In this document: positions 1 through 8,155 of the stretch, in pieces
How positions within the stretch are numbered: the first letter of the stretch is position 1
How the letters are laid out: each line of letters starts with the position of its first letter
Virus record (IMG/VR): IMGVR_UViG_3300044724_002059
Span: 1 to 25,594 of that record
DNA from: a virus
Lineage: Duplodnaviria; Caudoviricetes
Reading direction: 5' to 3' (one strand)
DNA: 25,594 nucleotides
Notes under the pieces: model-generated
Told to the model about the DNA's origin: nothing
Databases searched by the model: none
What the model saw: only the letters and a program-made list of their open reading frames with translations
Position numbers and translations under genes: made by a program

Positions 1-1
1 C

Positions 2-586
2 TGTTATTTCATTATCTATGATGCTAAAACTACAGAGATTATGGCCAGGAAGAATGTGTCTTTGGCCAAGCATGACATACCTAGCCAGGAGCAGGAAACA
101 GCTAAAGAAACAATGAACAAGATTTCCACAGGCAGCAAGGTTTTCCACAGCTCTCCACAGGATAAGGAAACACCCAGGTTGCGTAAGACTAAAGGTTTGG
201 CAACCTCTGATGTTGCCGACAGGGAAACCTCTGATGTTGCACGTAACGTATCATATAACGTTAATAATAATATAAGGGATAATAAGCTAAATAGATTACT
301 AATGATGTATATGAAAAATTGCATAATGGAAGTCTATGGTAAGGACTTTCAATACAATCAAAAGCAGGAAGATGAGGCAGCCAAGATCATAGACCAGGGC
401 CTGGAAGTGAATAAGGATACCTATGAGAAAATGAAGGCAGCTCTGCTTTGGTTTAGGAAGAAAGAACCAATGAAGGATGCACCTGGGCATATAAACTTCT
501 TTAAAAGCTTTTTACTGGGCCAAAATACAGCTCCAATGGATGTGAAAACTATGGTAAAGAAGATGATTAATAGGAAAAAACTTTAA
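2..586 (+). CDS. Putative phage replication initiator (lambda O/DnaD-like architecture), probably 5'-truncated by the window edge
   Basis: The frame of ORF 41..586 stays open back to position 2 (CYFIIYDAKTTEIM...). Its low-complexity middle carries DnaA-box-like sites and direct repeats, as in initiators that contain their own origin. No catalytic motif was recognised. Confidence 0.5.
   Translation, partial: CYFIIYDAKTTEIMARKNVSLAKHDIPSQEQETAKETMNKISTGSKVFHSSPQDKETPRLRKTKGLATSDVADRETSDVARNVSYNVNNNIRDNKLNRLLMMYMKNCIMEVYGKDFQYNQKQEDEAAKIIDQGLEVNKDTYEKMKAALLWFRKKEPMKDAPGHINFFKSFLLGQNTAPMDVKTMVKKMINRKKL
122..302. repeat. Candidate replication origin: DnaA-box-like 9-mers, 15-bp direct repeats and an AT-rich tract
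   Basis: ATTTCCACA 122-130, TTTTCCACA 141-149 (fits TTWTNCACA) and CTCTCCACA 151-159. AACCTCTGATGTTGC occurs exactly at 202-216 and 226-240. An AT-rich stretch follows at about 250-302. Confidence 0.6.
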
Positions 587-623
587 TGCGTACAAAATCT
601 AAACGTTGATTTAATTTTAGAAC

Positions 624-1067
624 ATGACAATTACTAGAAAAAATAAAAACAAGGGTGGTGGGAAAGTTACTAGGGCTGCAAAAAAAGCGATATACTCTCC
701 CCCTGGCCACAATAGTACGTATGGGGGTTTCTCCAAAAATTTTCCTTATTCCTTAAAAGAAAAAAAAATGGTTCTAATTTTGTGGAATGATGCTGTATCA
801 ATAGCTGAAAGTGGATGGAAAAAGATTTCAGATGTAAAAACAATGCAAGCTGCTAAAAGTTTTCAATTAGGTTGGATCGTAGATGAAACACCAGATAAGA
901 TTACACTGTGTGCTGCGATAGCTCCAGGCGAAACTCCAGATGAGGAGGATGATGTGGATGGCGATTTAACTGTTGAGAAAACATGGATCAAAGAGATCTA
1001 TGAACTTAAACCTAGGAGGATAAATGCAAAAGACTTTTTTAAAGTTAAGAGCATACAAAAACGATAA
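624..1067 (+). CDS. Hypothetical phage protein (VxIxWxDA...GW motif family)
   Basis: 147-aa ORF. The pattern MVLILWNDAVSIAESGW...GWIVDET resembles a recurrent small phage protein family. The start is uncertain (alternative ATG at 768). Confidence 0.7.
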   Translation: MTITRKNKNKGGGKVTRAAKKAIYSPPGHNSTYGGFSKNFPYSLKEKKMVLILWNDAVSIAESGWKKISDVKTMQAAKSFQLGWIVDETPDKITLCAAIAPGETPDEEDDVDGDLTVEKTWIKEIYELKPRRINAKDFFKVKSIQKR

Positions 1068-1305
1068 AGGCAAAGGCCCAAAATATTCGTGGAAGAAGTT
1101 TAAGCTAGAACAAGCGATAACTTTAGAACCAGGCGAGTATGATATTGATATATGGGAAAACTGGAGAGATAAAAAGGTTGATGATAGAGGCAACACCAAG
1201 GAACAAGAATACCTTACTGTTGAGATCAAAGAACCTTGGAAAAAACCAGATAGTCAAGCTACAGGCAATCCTGCAGATGACATGGATGATAATATACCCT
1301 TTTAA
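1024..1305 (+). CDS. Small single-stranded DNA-binding-like protein with an SSB-type acidic C-terminus
   Basis: 93 aa, beta-strand-like core. Ends in DDMDDNIPF, matching the bacterial SSB tail DDDIPF. AGGAGG lies upstream at 1014-1019. Confidence 0.7.
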   Translation: MQKTFLKLRAYKNDKGKGPKYSWKKFKLEQAITLEPGEYDIDIWENWRDKKVDDRGNTKEQEYLTVEIKEPWKKPDSQATGNPADDMDDNIPF

Positions 1306-1499
1306 TGGCCATAGAGAAGCTTACAAGGGTAAAGTTTGTTAAATGGGGTACGAAGGCCCAGGAAAGTGAAAACACCACTCCAGAGCCTTTAAAAACGATT
1401 TTCTTCTATGTTGAAAACGAGGAGGATATTGAAACCCTATTTAACACTAATTTAGATAACGTACATTTGGAGAAAGATGGCGAAGTTAAAAAGCGATAA
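1305..1499 (+). CDS. Hypothetical protein
   Basis: 64-aa ORF coupled to the previous gene by a TAATG overlap; it fills the gap before TerS. Confidence 0.6.
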   Translation: MAIEKLTRVKFVKWGTKAQESENTTPEPLKTIFFYVENEEDIETLFNTNLDNVHLEKDGEVKKR

Positions 1500-2010
1500 A
1501 ACCCATCCTGTTGTAAAATATGGTGGAGTAAGGATGCTGCAAAAAAGAATAAAACGCAGCGAAGTCATAGACCATAACAAGGATGCAGTGGCCCAGGAAC
1601 TGGTGGATTTATCCTTATCCGATATTACCGATATTATTGATTGGGAAGAAGGTAAAATCAGATTAAAGGAAATCAAAGATATTCCTAAAAAAGCTTTAAG
1701 ATCCATTAAAAAGATTAGAGTTTATGGAAAAGATAATTCTAATTTTGAAGTGGAGATGCACGATAAAATCCGAACCCTACAAACTGTAGCCAAAGCAGCA
1801 GGATTATTAGAACAAGAAAAATCAGATGATGATAAACCTGCAGTTATTGGTATAAAGATTGAAGGGCCAGATAGAGTTGAAATTAAGGAGATGAAATATG
1901 TCAAGAAGGAGAATGACCAAGGAGGAAGTGGACAGGATCACAGTATTGATGTTGAAGACAACGACCAACGACAAGAGATTGGCAACGAGGATCGGCCTGC
2001 AGAAGAATGA
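1477..2010 (+). CDS. terS: Terminase small subunit
   Basis: VAQELVDLSLSDITDIIDW...LKEIKDIP...RSIKKI...EVEMHDKIRTLQTVAKAAGLL matches the TerS oligomerisation region. It lies upstream of TerL and has a GGAG SD. Confidence 0.75.
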   Translation: MAKLKSDKTHPVVKYGGVRMLQKRIKRSEVIDHNKDAVAQELVDLSLSDITDIIDWEEGKIRLKEIKDIPKKALRSIKKIRVYGKDNSNFEVEMHDKIRTLQTVAKAAGLLEQEKSDDDKPAVIGIKIEGPDRVEIKEMKYVKKENDQGGSGQDHSIDVEDNDQRQEIGNEDRPAEE

Positions 2011-2134
2011 GTTAAGGCATTTGTTTAATGGTCAAAGACTTGAGGATGATACCAGGATCAAAGCTCTGTTTAATTTTTTAGAAGGAGAAGTACATAGACA
2101 GAACTTGGATAATATGCGAAAGAATGGATTATGA
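1898..2134 (+). CDS. Small putative helix-turn-helix DNA-binding protein
   Basis: NDKRLATRIGLQKNELRHLFNG resembles an XRE/Cro-type HTH. AAGGAG SD at about 1885-1890. Overlaps the TerS 3' end by 113 nt. Confidence 0.55.
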   Translation: MSRRRMTKEEVDRITVLMLKTTTNDKRLATRIGLQKNELRHLFNGQRLEDDTRIKALFNFLEGEVHRQNLDNMRKNGL

Positions 2135-2364
2135 AGTTTTTTTTGGTTTTGTATTTATGCAGCATGATTACAGGCCAATGCACTGACCATCATATTCCTG
2201 GATATAGTTTTGAAAGTCATTATGATTGTGCAATAGCAGGATATGCTTTTTCACAAGAAAGCTTAAAAGCTTTATCACAAGATAAATATTATTTTGGATT
2301 AGATAAAATTAACGAACAAAGATTAGCAATAAAATTTGAATGTAGGGAATTTAAAGGTGCGTAA
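2131..2364 (+). CDS. Hypothetical Cys-containing protein with a hydrophobic N-terminus
   Basis: 77 aa, ATGA overlap with the previous gene. MKFFLVLYLCS...C...YDC...KFEC resembles small proteins of marine pelagiphage-like genomes (recalled, not searched). Confidence 0.75.
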   Translation: MKFFLVLYLCSMITGQCTDHHIPGYSFESHYDCAIAGYAFSQESLKALSQDKYYFGLDKINEQRLAIKFECREFKGA

Positions 2365-2470
2365 AAAAAATAAACAATGGTTGCTTTGGAATATCTATCA
2401 CACCATACTTGCTGTACTACTTGCAGGAATATTAGTTGTTGAGTTAATAGAGCTTATATGGATGATCTAA
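2357..2470 (+). CDS. Small single-pass membrane peptide, 37 aa (not in the ORF track)
   Basis: GTG start. MRKKNKQWLLWNIYHTILAVLLAGILVVELIELIWMI* has a basic N-terminus and one hydrophobic helix, and bridges the two flanking genes with short overlaps. Confidence 0.6.
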   Translation: MRKKNKQWLLWNIYHTILAVLLAGILVVELIELIWMI

Positions 2471-3966
2471 AATTTAATTTTAAAAAATCTCCAACTGTTT
2501 ATGAATTCCTCCAGGACAACAGTTTTGTCCGAGGATTAGTTGGGCCAGTTGGATCTGGTAAATCTTATGCTTGTGCTGCAGAAGTTTTTATGCGTGCAGT
2601 AAAACAAAAACCATCTCCAAAAGATGGAATTAAATATTCAAGATTTGTAATTGTTAGAAACTCATATCCAGAGCTGCGAACTACAACAATTAAAACTTGG
2701 CAAGAGATTTTTCCAGAAAATATTTGGGGAGGCATGAGATGGTCGCCTCCTATTTCTCATCATATAAAATTACCTGCAAGAGAAGGAGCTGCAGGAATTG
2801 ATTGTGAAGTTATATTCCTAGCACTAGATCAGCCTAAAGATGTTAGAAAACTTTTATCACTAGAACTTACAGGAGCTTGGGTAAATGAAGCTAGAGAATT
2901 ACCTAAACAAGTTATTGATGGATTAACACACCGAGTTGGAAGGTATCCTTCTAAAGCAGATGGTGGCCCATCCTGGAGAGGAGTATGGATGGATACTAAC
3001 CCAATGGAAGACGATCATTGGTGGTATGATATTTCTAAAAAAGGAAATTTACCAAAAGGAAAATTTGCCTGGAATTTTTATGAGCAGCCAGGTGGAGTAA
3101 GAGAAGTTGTCCAGGATGAATTACCAGAGATGCCTGAAGCTAATGGTTTTATTTTTTCTGCAGGGAGTTGGTGGAAAGAAAATGAAAAAGCAGAGAACAT
3201 AAATAATTTACCAGATGGATACTATACACAGATCCTTGCAGGAAAATCTAAAGATTGGATTAGATGTTATGCTGAAGGTAAATATACTTTTGTCCAAGAT
3301 GGCAAACCTGTATGGAGTGAATATGATGATGGTTCTATGTGTGTTGAAAGATTAGAACCAGAGCCTGGTGTACCGATTGTAATTGGATTAGACTTTGGTT
3401 TAACTCCTGCTGCTGTCTTTGCTCAAAGACTTGGTAATGGTAGATGGCACGTGCTGCATGAATTAGTAACGTTTGATATGGGCCTAGAAAGATTTGGTCA
3501 AATATTAAAATCAGAAATAGAAATAAAATTTCCAAAATATGATTTATCAATATGGGGAGATCCTGCAGGTAGCTCAAGAGATCAGATCTATGAAGTTACT
3601 GCGTTTGAACATTTAAAAAGTTTAGGGATCATGGCAAAACCAACTGCAACAAATGATTTTAAAACTAGACGTGAAGCTGTTGCAGCTCCTATGACAAGAT
3701 TGATCCAGGGCAAACCAGGATTTTTAATTGACAGCAGATGCAGCAGAACAAGAAAATCTTTAGCAGGTGGTTATCACTATAAGCGAGTACAAATATCTGG
3801 CCAGGAAAGATTTAAAGATCAACCAAATAAAAACCAACACTCCCACGTTGGAGATGCTTTGGGTTATTGTTTATTAGGTGGTGGAGAATTTAAAAGATTG
3901 ACAAGACCAAATCAAACAGGATTTGTTAGAGCTGCACTTGCTAAACTTGATTTTGATTTATGGTAG
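2458..3966 (+). CDS. terL: Terminase large subunit
   Basis: Walker A GPVGSGKS, Walker B-like AWVNEARE, motif C-like DTNP, and a C-terminal RNase H-like nuclease (IGLDFG ... HVGDALGY). Confidence 0.95.
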   Translation: MDDLKFNFKKSPTVYEFLQDNSFVRGLVGPVGSGKSYACAAEVFMRAVKQKPSPKDGIKYSRFVIVRNSYPELRTTTIKTWQEIFPENIWGGMRWSPPISHHIKLPAREGAAGIDCEVIFLALDQPKDVRKLLSLELTGAWVNEARELPKQVIDGLTHRVGRYPSKADGGPSWRGVWMDTNPMEDDHWWYDISKKGNLPKGKFAWNFYEQPGGVREVVQDELPEMPEANGFIFSAGSWWKENEKAENINNLPDGYYTQILAGKSKDWIRCYAEGKYTFVQDGKPVWSEYDDGSMCVERLEPEPGVPIVIGLDFGLTPAAVFAQRLGNGRWHVLHELVTFDMGLERFGQILKSEIEIKFPKYDLSIWGDPAGSSRDQIYEVTAFEHLKSLGIMAKPTATNDFKTRREAVAAPMTRLIQGKPGFLIDSRCSRTRKSLAGGYHYKRVQISGQERFKDQPNKNQHSHVGDALGYCLLGGGEFKRLTRPNQTGFVRAALAKLDFDLW

Positions 3967-4466
3967 ATTTGCAAATTGAACGAATTGAAAAGCTTATGGG
4001 CCTGGATGGTGTCAATAAAAAAATTACACCTTTCCACCCCAAACATTTATGGTTGATTAATTTAAGAGATCATGAGAAAAAGTATTTTGATTATATTCCA
4101 AACTATGAAAGTTACCTGGCTAAAAATACAATTCATAATGCTTCTTACACTGGTTTCTATTTTGGCAAGCCAGTTGTTTCCTTTGGCCTACTAAATATGT
4201 TTCCAGGTGTTGCAGAAGCCTGGCTAATCCCTAGCAAAGAACTAAATAATATCAAAGTTGCCTTACCTTTCCACAGGGCCACTAAAGCTTTTTTTGATAA
4301 TGCGTTTAATTTATTCAATTTAAGAAGGATTGAGTGTACAGTTGATGTTACCAATAAAGATGCTTTGAAATGGATTGAAACTATGTTATTTACGAAAGAT
4401 GGCATAAAACAAAAATTTGGCCCAGATGGTCATGATTATGCCATGTATAGTAGATTAAAACAATAG
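3960..4466 (+). CDS. GNAT-fold acetyltransferase-like virion assembly protein
   Basis: GVAEAWL...LRRIECTVDVTNKDALKWIETMLFTKDG...FGPDGHDYAMYSR is a typical phage GNAT/T7 gp13-like pattern. Confidence 0.7.
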   Translation: MVDLQIERIEKLMGLDGVNKKITPFHPKHLWLINLRDHEKKYFDYIPNYESYLAKNTIHNASYTGFYFGKPVVSFGLLNMFPGVAEAWLIPSKELNNIKVALPFHRATKAFFDNAFNLFNLRRIECTVDVTNKDALKWIETMLFTKDGIKQKFGPDGHDYAMYSRLKQ

Positions 4467-4476
4467 GAGAACAAAT

Positions 4477-4719
4477 ATGGGTGGAATAGTATCCAAACCG
4501 AAAGCACCACCACCACCAGTACAAGTGGAGGCTGACGTATCGGCAAGAGAAAAAGCTGCTGAAAAAGCAGAGGCAAAACAAAAGCAAGAACTTTCAAGAC
4601 GAGTAAGAGCTAGAGCTACTGGAGGAAGAAGACAACTTATTTCTCAAGCTAGACAAGACGCAGAGCTTGGAGTGCCTTTTGGAGGATCTGGAACTTTAGG
4701 CTACACTAGAAATGTCTAA
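4477..4719 (+). CDS. Small virion-associated protein (MGG...PKAPPPP N-terminus)
   Basis: AGGAG SD. Gly/Pro-rich N-terminus, helical middle and a ...TLG C-terminus, like the small proteins upstream of podovirus portals. Confidence 0.75.
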   Translation: MGGIVSKPKAPPPPVQVEADVSAREKAAEKAEAKQKQELSRRVRARATGGRRQLISQARQDAELGVPFGGSGTLGYTRNV

Positions 4720-4798
4720 AGCAAAACAAAAATACAAACGTAATCCTAAAAATAGGAAAACGTTAAAGGAGCAACGAGATGCCAAAAGTAACAAGTAA
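4712..4798 (+). CDS. Tiny basic peptide, 28 aa (not in the ORF track)
   Basis: MSKAKQKYKRNPKNRKTLKEQRDAKSNK*; overlaps both neighbours. Confidence 0.4.
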   Translation: MSKAKQKYKRNPKNRKTLKEQRDAKSNK

Positions 4799-4940
4799 AG
4801 ATGGCAAAGTAAGACACTTTGCTTATTCTAAAAAAGGAACTGCACAAGCTAAAGCTTTTGCTAAAGCTTCTGGTGGAAAAATGGAAATGGATATGAAATC
4901 TGCTATGAAGCGAAAGGTTGGTAAAAAAAAATATGGCTAA
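4779..4940 (+). CDS. Small Lys-rich protein, 53 aa (not in the ORF track)
   Basis: AAGGAG SD at 4766-4771. MPKVTSKDGKVRHFAYSKKGTAQAKAFAKASGGKMEMDMKSAMKRKVGKKKYG*. Confidence 0.7.
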   Translation: MPKVTSKDGKVRHFAYSKKGTAQAKAFAKASGGKMEMDMKSAMKRKVGKKKYG

Positions 4941-5064
4941 AAAAGGATTATACTACAATATAAATCAACGTAAAAAAAAAGGGATCTCAAGATCAAAATC
5001 TAAATCAACAATTTCAAAAGATGCTTACAAAAGAATGAAGGAAGGATTTAAAAAGAAATCATGA
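4933..5064 (+). CDS. Small Lys-rich protein, 43 aa (not in the ORF track)
   Basis: MAKKGLYYNINQRKKKGISRSKSKSTISKDAYKRMKEGFKKKS*; 8-nt overlap upstream and ATGA overlap downstream. Confidence 0.7.
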   Translation: MAKKGLYYNINQRKKKGISRSKSKSTISKDAYKRMKEGFKKKS

Positions 5065-5171
5065 TTATATTTGGACACACACCTAGAGAGTGGAAAAGAA
5101 GATCTAAAGAACATAAACTTTGTTTAGCAGCTCTTGTTGTTTCATTTATTTTAGGAGCAATAATTTTTTAA
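5061..5171 (+). CDS. Small membrane peptide, 36 aa (not in the ORF track)
   Basis: MIIFGHTPREWKRRSKEHKLCLAALVVSFILGAIIF*; ATGA and TAATG coupling at its two ends; C-terminal hydrophobic helix. Confidence 0.65.
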   Translation: MIIFGHTPREWKRRSKEHKLCLAALVVSFILGAIIF

Positions 5172-5446
5172 TGGGTTACTCTAAAGAACATCAAAATCCA
5201 GAAGGTGGACTAAATGAAAAAGGTAGAAAGTTTTTTAATAGAACTGAAGGAAGTAATTTAAAAAGACCACAGAAGACAGGAACAGATGGAAGGCGAGTAA
5301 GTTTTGCTGCTAGGTTTGCAGGAATGAAAGGCTCAATGAAAGATGAAAATGGAAAGCCCACAAGACTTGCTTTAGCTTTAAAAGCATGGGGATTTGGAAG
5401 TAAAGAAGCTGCTGCTAAATTTGCAGCAAATAATAAAAAGGCATAG
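5171..5446 (+). CDS. Basic hypothetical protein, possibly DUF6321-like; start revised from 5120 to 5171
   Basis: MGYSKEHQNPEGGLNEKGRKFFNRTEGSNLK...RRVSFAARF...LALALKAW. TAATG coupling supports the 5171 start. The family label is from memory. Confidence 0.75.
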   Translation: MGYSKEHQNPEGGLNEKGRKFFNRTEGSNLKRPQKTGTDGRRVSFAARFAGMKGSMKDENGKPTRLALALKAWGFGSKEAAAKFAANNKKA

Positions 5447-5448
5447 AT

Positions 5449-7020
5449 ATGTTAGACGCAAAAAAAATATTAGAAAGAATTAAAAAAGCAGAAGGTAAAA
5501 AAGAATTATGGAGAGATATTTATCAAGAGTGTTATGAATATGCCTTACCTCAAAGAAATCTTTATGATGGATATTTTGATGGTGGTACTCCTGGACAAAG
5601 AAAAATGTCAAAAGTTTTTGACAGTACAGCTATTCATTCAGCTCAAAGATTTGCAAACAGAATTCAATCAGCTTTATTTCCACCATACAGAAAATGGGTA
5701 AGACTTCAGCCAGGCAACGAAGTACCAGAAGAAAGAAAATCAGAGATCCAGGTTGAGTTAGACAAGATGAATGACAAAATGTTTTCTGTATTAAGACAAA
5801 CAAATTTTGATTTAGCGATTGGAGAATTTCTTTTAGATCTTTGCGTTGGTACAGCTTGTATGTTGGTATTACCTGGAGATGAAATTGAACCAATTAAATT
5901 TATTTCTGTACCACAATACTTAATTGCTTTTGAAGAAGGAGCTAATGGATCTATTGAAAATGTTTATAGAAGGTTAAGATTAAAAAATGATATTATTAAA
6001 AAACAATATCCAGATGCAAAAATTCCACCAGAATTTCAAAAAATTATTGATGAAAAACCAGATGAATATACAGAGCTTTATGAAAGTACAATGTATGATG
6101 ATAATGATGGTTTTTATCACTATTGTGTAATCTGGAAAAAAGGGCCAGAAAAAATTGTACATAGAACTTTTGAAACTATGCCATGGATCATAAGTAGATA
6201 CATGAAAGTTGCAGGAGAGATCTATGGTAGAGGCCCACTAATTACAGCTCTGCCAGATATTAAAACATTAAACAAAACAGTTGAGCTGCTACTTAAAAAT
6301 GCAAGTTTAAATATTGCAGGAGTTTATACAGCTTCAGATGATGGAGTATTAAATCCACAAACTGTAAGAATAGCTCCTGGTGCTATCATTCCTGTTGCAA
6401 GAAATGATGGCCCTACAGGCCCAAGTTTAAAACCCTTACAAAGATCTGGAGATATTAATTTATCACAGTTAGTTATAAACGATTTACGAATGAACGTAAA
6501 AAAAATCATGTTAGATGAGAGCTTGCCTCCAGATAATATGAGTGCGAGATCAGCTACCGAAATTGTAGAAAGAATGAAGGAACTCTCACAAAACCTTGGA
6601 TCTGCATTTGGTAGATTGATTTCAGAGGCTGTACTCCCTTTAGTTAGAAGAACCTTGGCTGTTATGAATGATCGTGAGATCATATCTTTGCCTCTGAAAG
6701 TTAATGGATTAGAAATCAAATTGCAGCCGACTTCTCCACTAGCTCTCGCACAATCAAACGAAGAAGTACAAACTGCTATGGGTTGGATGCAAATAATTCA
6801 ACAGCTAGGGCCTATGGGCCAAATGGCTGTTAGAATAGATAGGGTTGCAGATTTTGTTGCAGATAAACTTGGAATTCCTGCAGAGTTAAGAACCACTCCA
6901 GAGGAAAGACAAGAGATGATAGAACAAGCTCAACAACAAGCACAACAAATGCAACAACAACCACAACAAGAGCCACAAACACAAGAAGAAGAAGTGAACG
7001 TAGAAGCACAGTTAGGATAA
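5449..7020 (+). CDS. Portal (head-to-tail connector) protein, T7 gp8/BPP-1-like
   Basis: 523 aa with FDSTA...FANRIQSALFPP...W, GEIYGRGP...ALPDIKTLN and SATEIVER...LGSAFGRL motifs, plus a Gln-rich tail. Confidence 0.95.
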   Translation: MLDAKKILERIKKAEGKKELWRDIYQECYEYALPQRNLYDGYFDGGTPGQRKMSKVFDSTAIHSAQRFANRIQSALFPPYRKWVRLQPGNEVPEERKSEIQVELDKMNDKMFSVLRQTNFDLAIGEFLLDLCVGTACMLVLPGDEIEPIKFISVPQYLIAFEEGANGSIENVYRRLRLKNDIIKKQYPDAKIPPEFQKIIDEKPDEYTELYESTMYDDNDGFYHYCVIWKKGPEKIVHRTFETMPWIISRYMKVAGEIYGRGPLITALPDIKTLNKTVELLLKNASLNIAGVYTASDDGVLNPQTVRIAPGAIIPVARNDGPTGPSLKPLQRSGDINLSQLVINDLRMNVKKIMLDESLPPDNMSARSATEIVERMKELSQNLGSAFGRLISEAVLPLVRRTLAVMNDREIISLPLKVNGLEIKLQPTSPLALAQSNEEVQTAMGWMQIIQQLGPMGQMAVRIDRVADFVADKLGIPAELRTTPEERQEMIEQAQQQAQQMQQQPQQEPQTQEEEVNVEAQLG

Positions 7021-7021
7021 T

Positions 7022-7291
7022 ATGGATAATTATGATGATTTAGGTTGGGAAGGTTTAGATTTCCAAAATAAAATGGAAGCTGTTGATGAACAAAAAAAAA
7101 AAGACAGCTTATATGCAAAAGTTTTTAATACACCAGAAGGTAAAATTATTCTGGATGATTTAAAATCAAGAACTGTAGATAGTCCATCTTGGTATCCAGG
7201 AGCAGATGAACATTATGGATATGTTAGAGAAGGACAAAACGCAGTTGTAAGAGAAATCTTACAAAGAATAGAACGTGCTAAACGAAATTAA
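7022..7291 (+). CDS. Bbp19-like small protein following the portal
   Basis: YAKVFNTPEGKIILDDL...REGQNAVVREI is characteristic of the post-portal protein of BPP-1-like phages. Confidence 0.75.
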   Translation: MDNYDDLGWEGLDFQNKMEAVDEQKKKDSLYAKVFNTPEGKIILDDLKSRTVDSPSWYPGADEHYGYVREGQNAVVREILQRIERAKRN

Positions 7292-7304
7292 ATAGGAGGA
7301 AACA

Positions 7305-8150
7305 ATGGCTGAAGAAGCACAAGCACAAGCACAAACACAAGAAGAAACAAAACCAAATAGTTTGATTGAAGAAGCAAGACAATCAATACCAGAAGAAGAA
7401 AAATCTGTAGAGGATAGTGATCCTATTTCTCATTTAGCTTCTGATAAACCAGAAGAAGATAAGCTTGGAGAAGAACAAGCTGCAGATGATAAAGATGAAT
7501 ACGAAAGACCAGAGTATTTTCCACAAAAATTCTGGGATGAAAAAGAAGGCCCAGATATTGAGGCTTTAGTAAAATCTTACAATGAACTTCAAAAAAAGTT
7601 TAGCCAGGGTGGCCACAAAGCTCCAAAAGATTATGATACTAATTTTTTACAAGAGCAACAGATAGATGCTAAAGAAGATCCTTTAGTAAAAGAATATACT
7701 GATTGGGCCAAAAAATATGGAATAACTCAAGAAGCCTATGAAGATCTTGCTAAAACTTTTATTGACAACAATATGGCAGTAGCAGAAAGAACACAGGCAG
7801 ATCTTGTTGAACAAAAGAAAATGCTAGGTAACAAAGCAGATGAAAGAATAAGCTCTGTTATGAAATTTGGAGATGTTCTTAAAGACAGAGGAGTATTATC
7901 AGATCAAGAGCTAGTTGAATTTGATAATATGGCAGGAACTGCATTGGGTGTTAAAGTTATTGAAAAAATTAGATCATACTATGGCGAACAACCTATACCA
8001 ACTGTTGAACCAACAGAAGAATTAGGTATGTCAAAAGATGAAATTAGGGCCATGGTAGCAGATCCTAAATATGGTAAAGATCCTGCATTTACTATGAAAG
8101 TTGAAAAACTTTTTGAAAAAGCTTTCCCTGGCGAATATAAACCAGGATAA
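7305..8150 (+). CDS. Capsid scaffolding/assembly protein
   Basis: Acidic helical 281-aa protein between portal and capsid; RPEYFPQKFW...LVKSYNELQKK and C-terminal DPKY motifs; AGGAGG SD. Confidence 0.85.
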   Translation: MAEEAQAQAQTQEETKPNSLIEEARQSIPEEEKSVEDSDPISHLASDKPEEDKLGEEQAADDKDEYERPEYFPQKFWDEKEGPDIEALVKSYNELQKKFSQGGHKAPKDYDTNFLQEQQIDAKEDPLVKEYTDWAKKYGITQEAYEDLAKTFIDNNMAVAERTQADLVEQKKMLGNKADERISSVMKFGDVLKDRGVLSDQELVEFDNMAGTALGVKVIEKIRSYYGEQPIPTVEPTEELGMSKDEIRAMVADPKYGKDPAFTMKVEKLFEKAFPGEYKPG

Positions 8151-8155
8151 TACGA

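Noticed and set aside
5120-5170. Upstream start at 5120 given in the ORF track
   Set aside because: It overlaps the 36-aa ORF 5061..5171, and TAATG coupling supports a start at 5171.
7092-7102. A11 homopolymer and other poly-A runs as programmed frameshift or phase-variation sites
   Set aside because: They encode in-frame Lys runs in intact ORFs of an AT-rich genome, and I saw no evidence of an alternative product.
6974-7346. 17-bp direct repeat CACAAACACAAGAAGAA in the portal tail (6974-6990) and scaffold start (7330-7346)
   Set aside because: Both copies lie in low-complexity Q/E-rich segments (QTQEE), so chance is likely; there are no att-site or mobile-element hallmarks.
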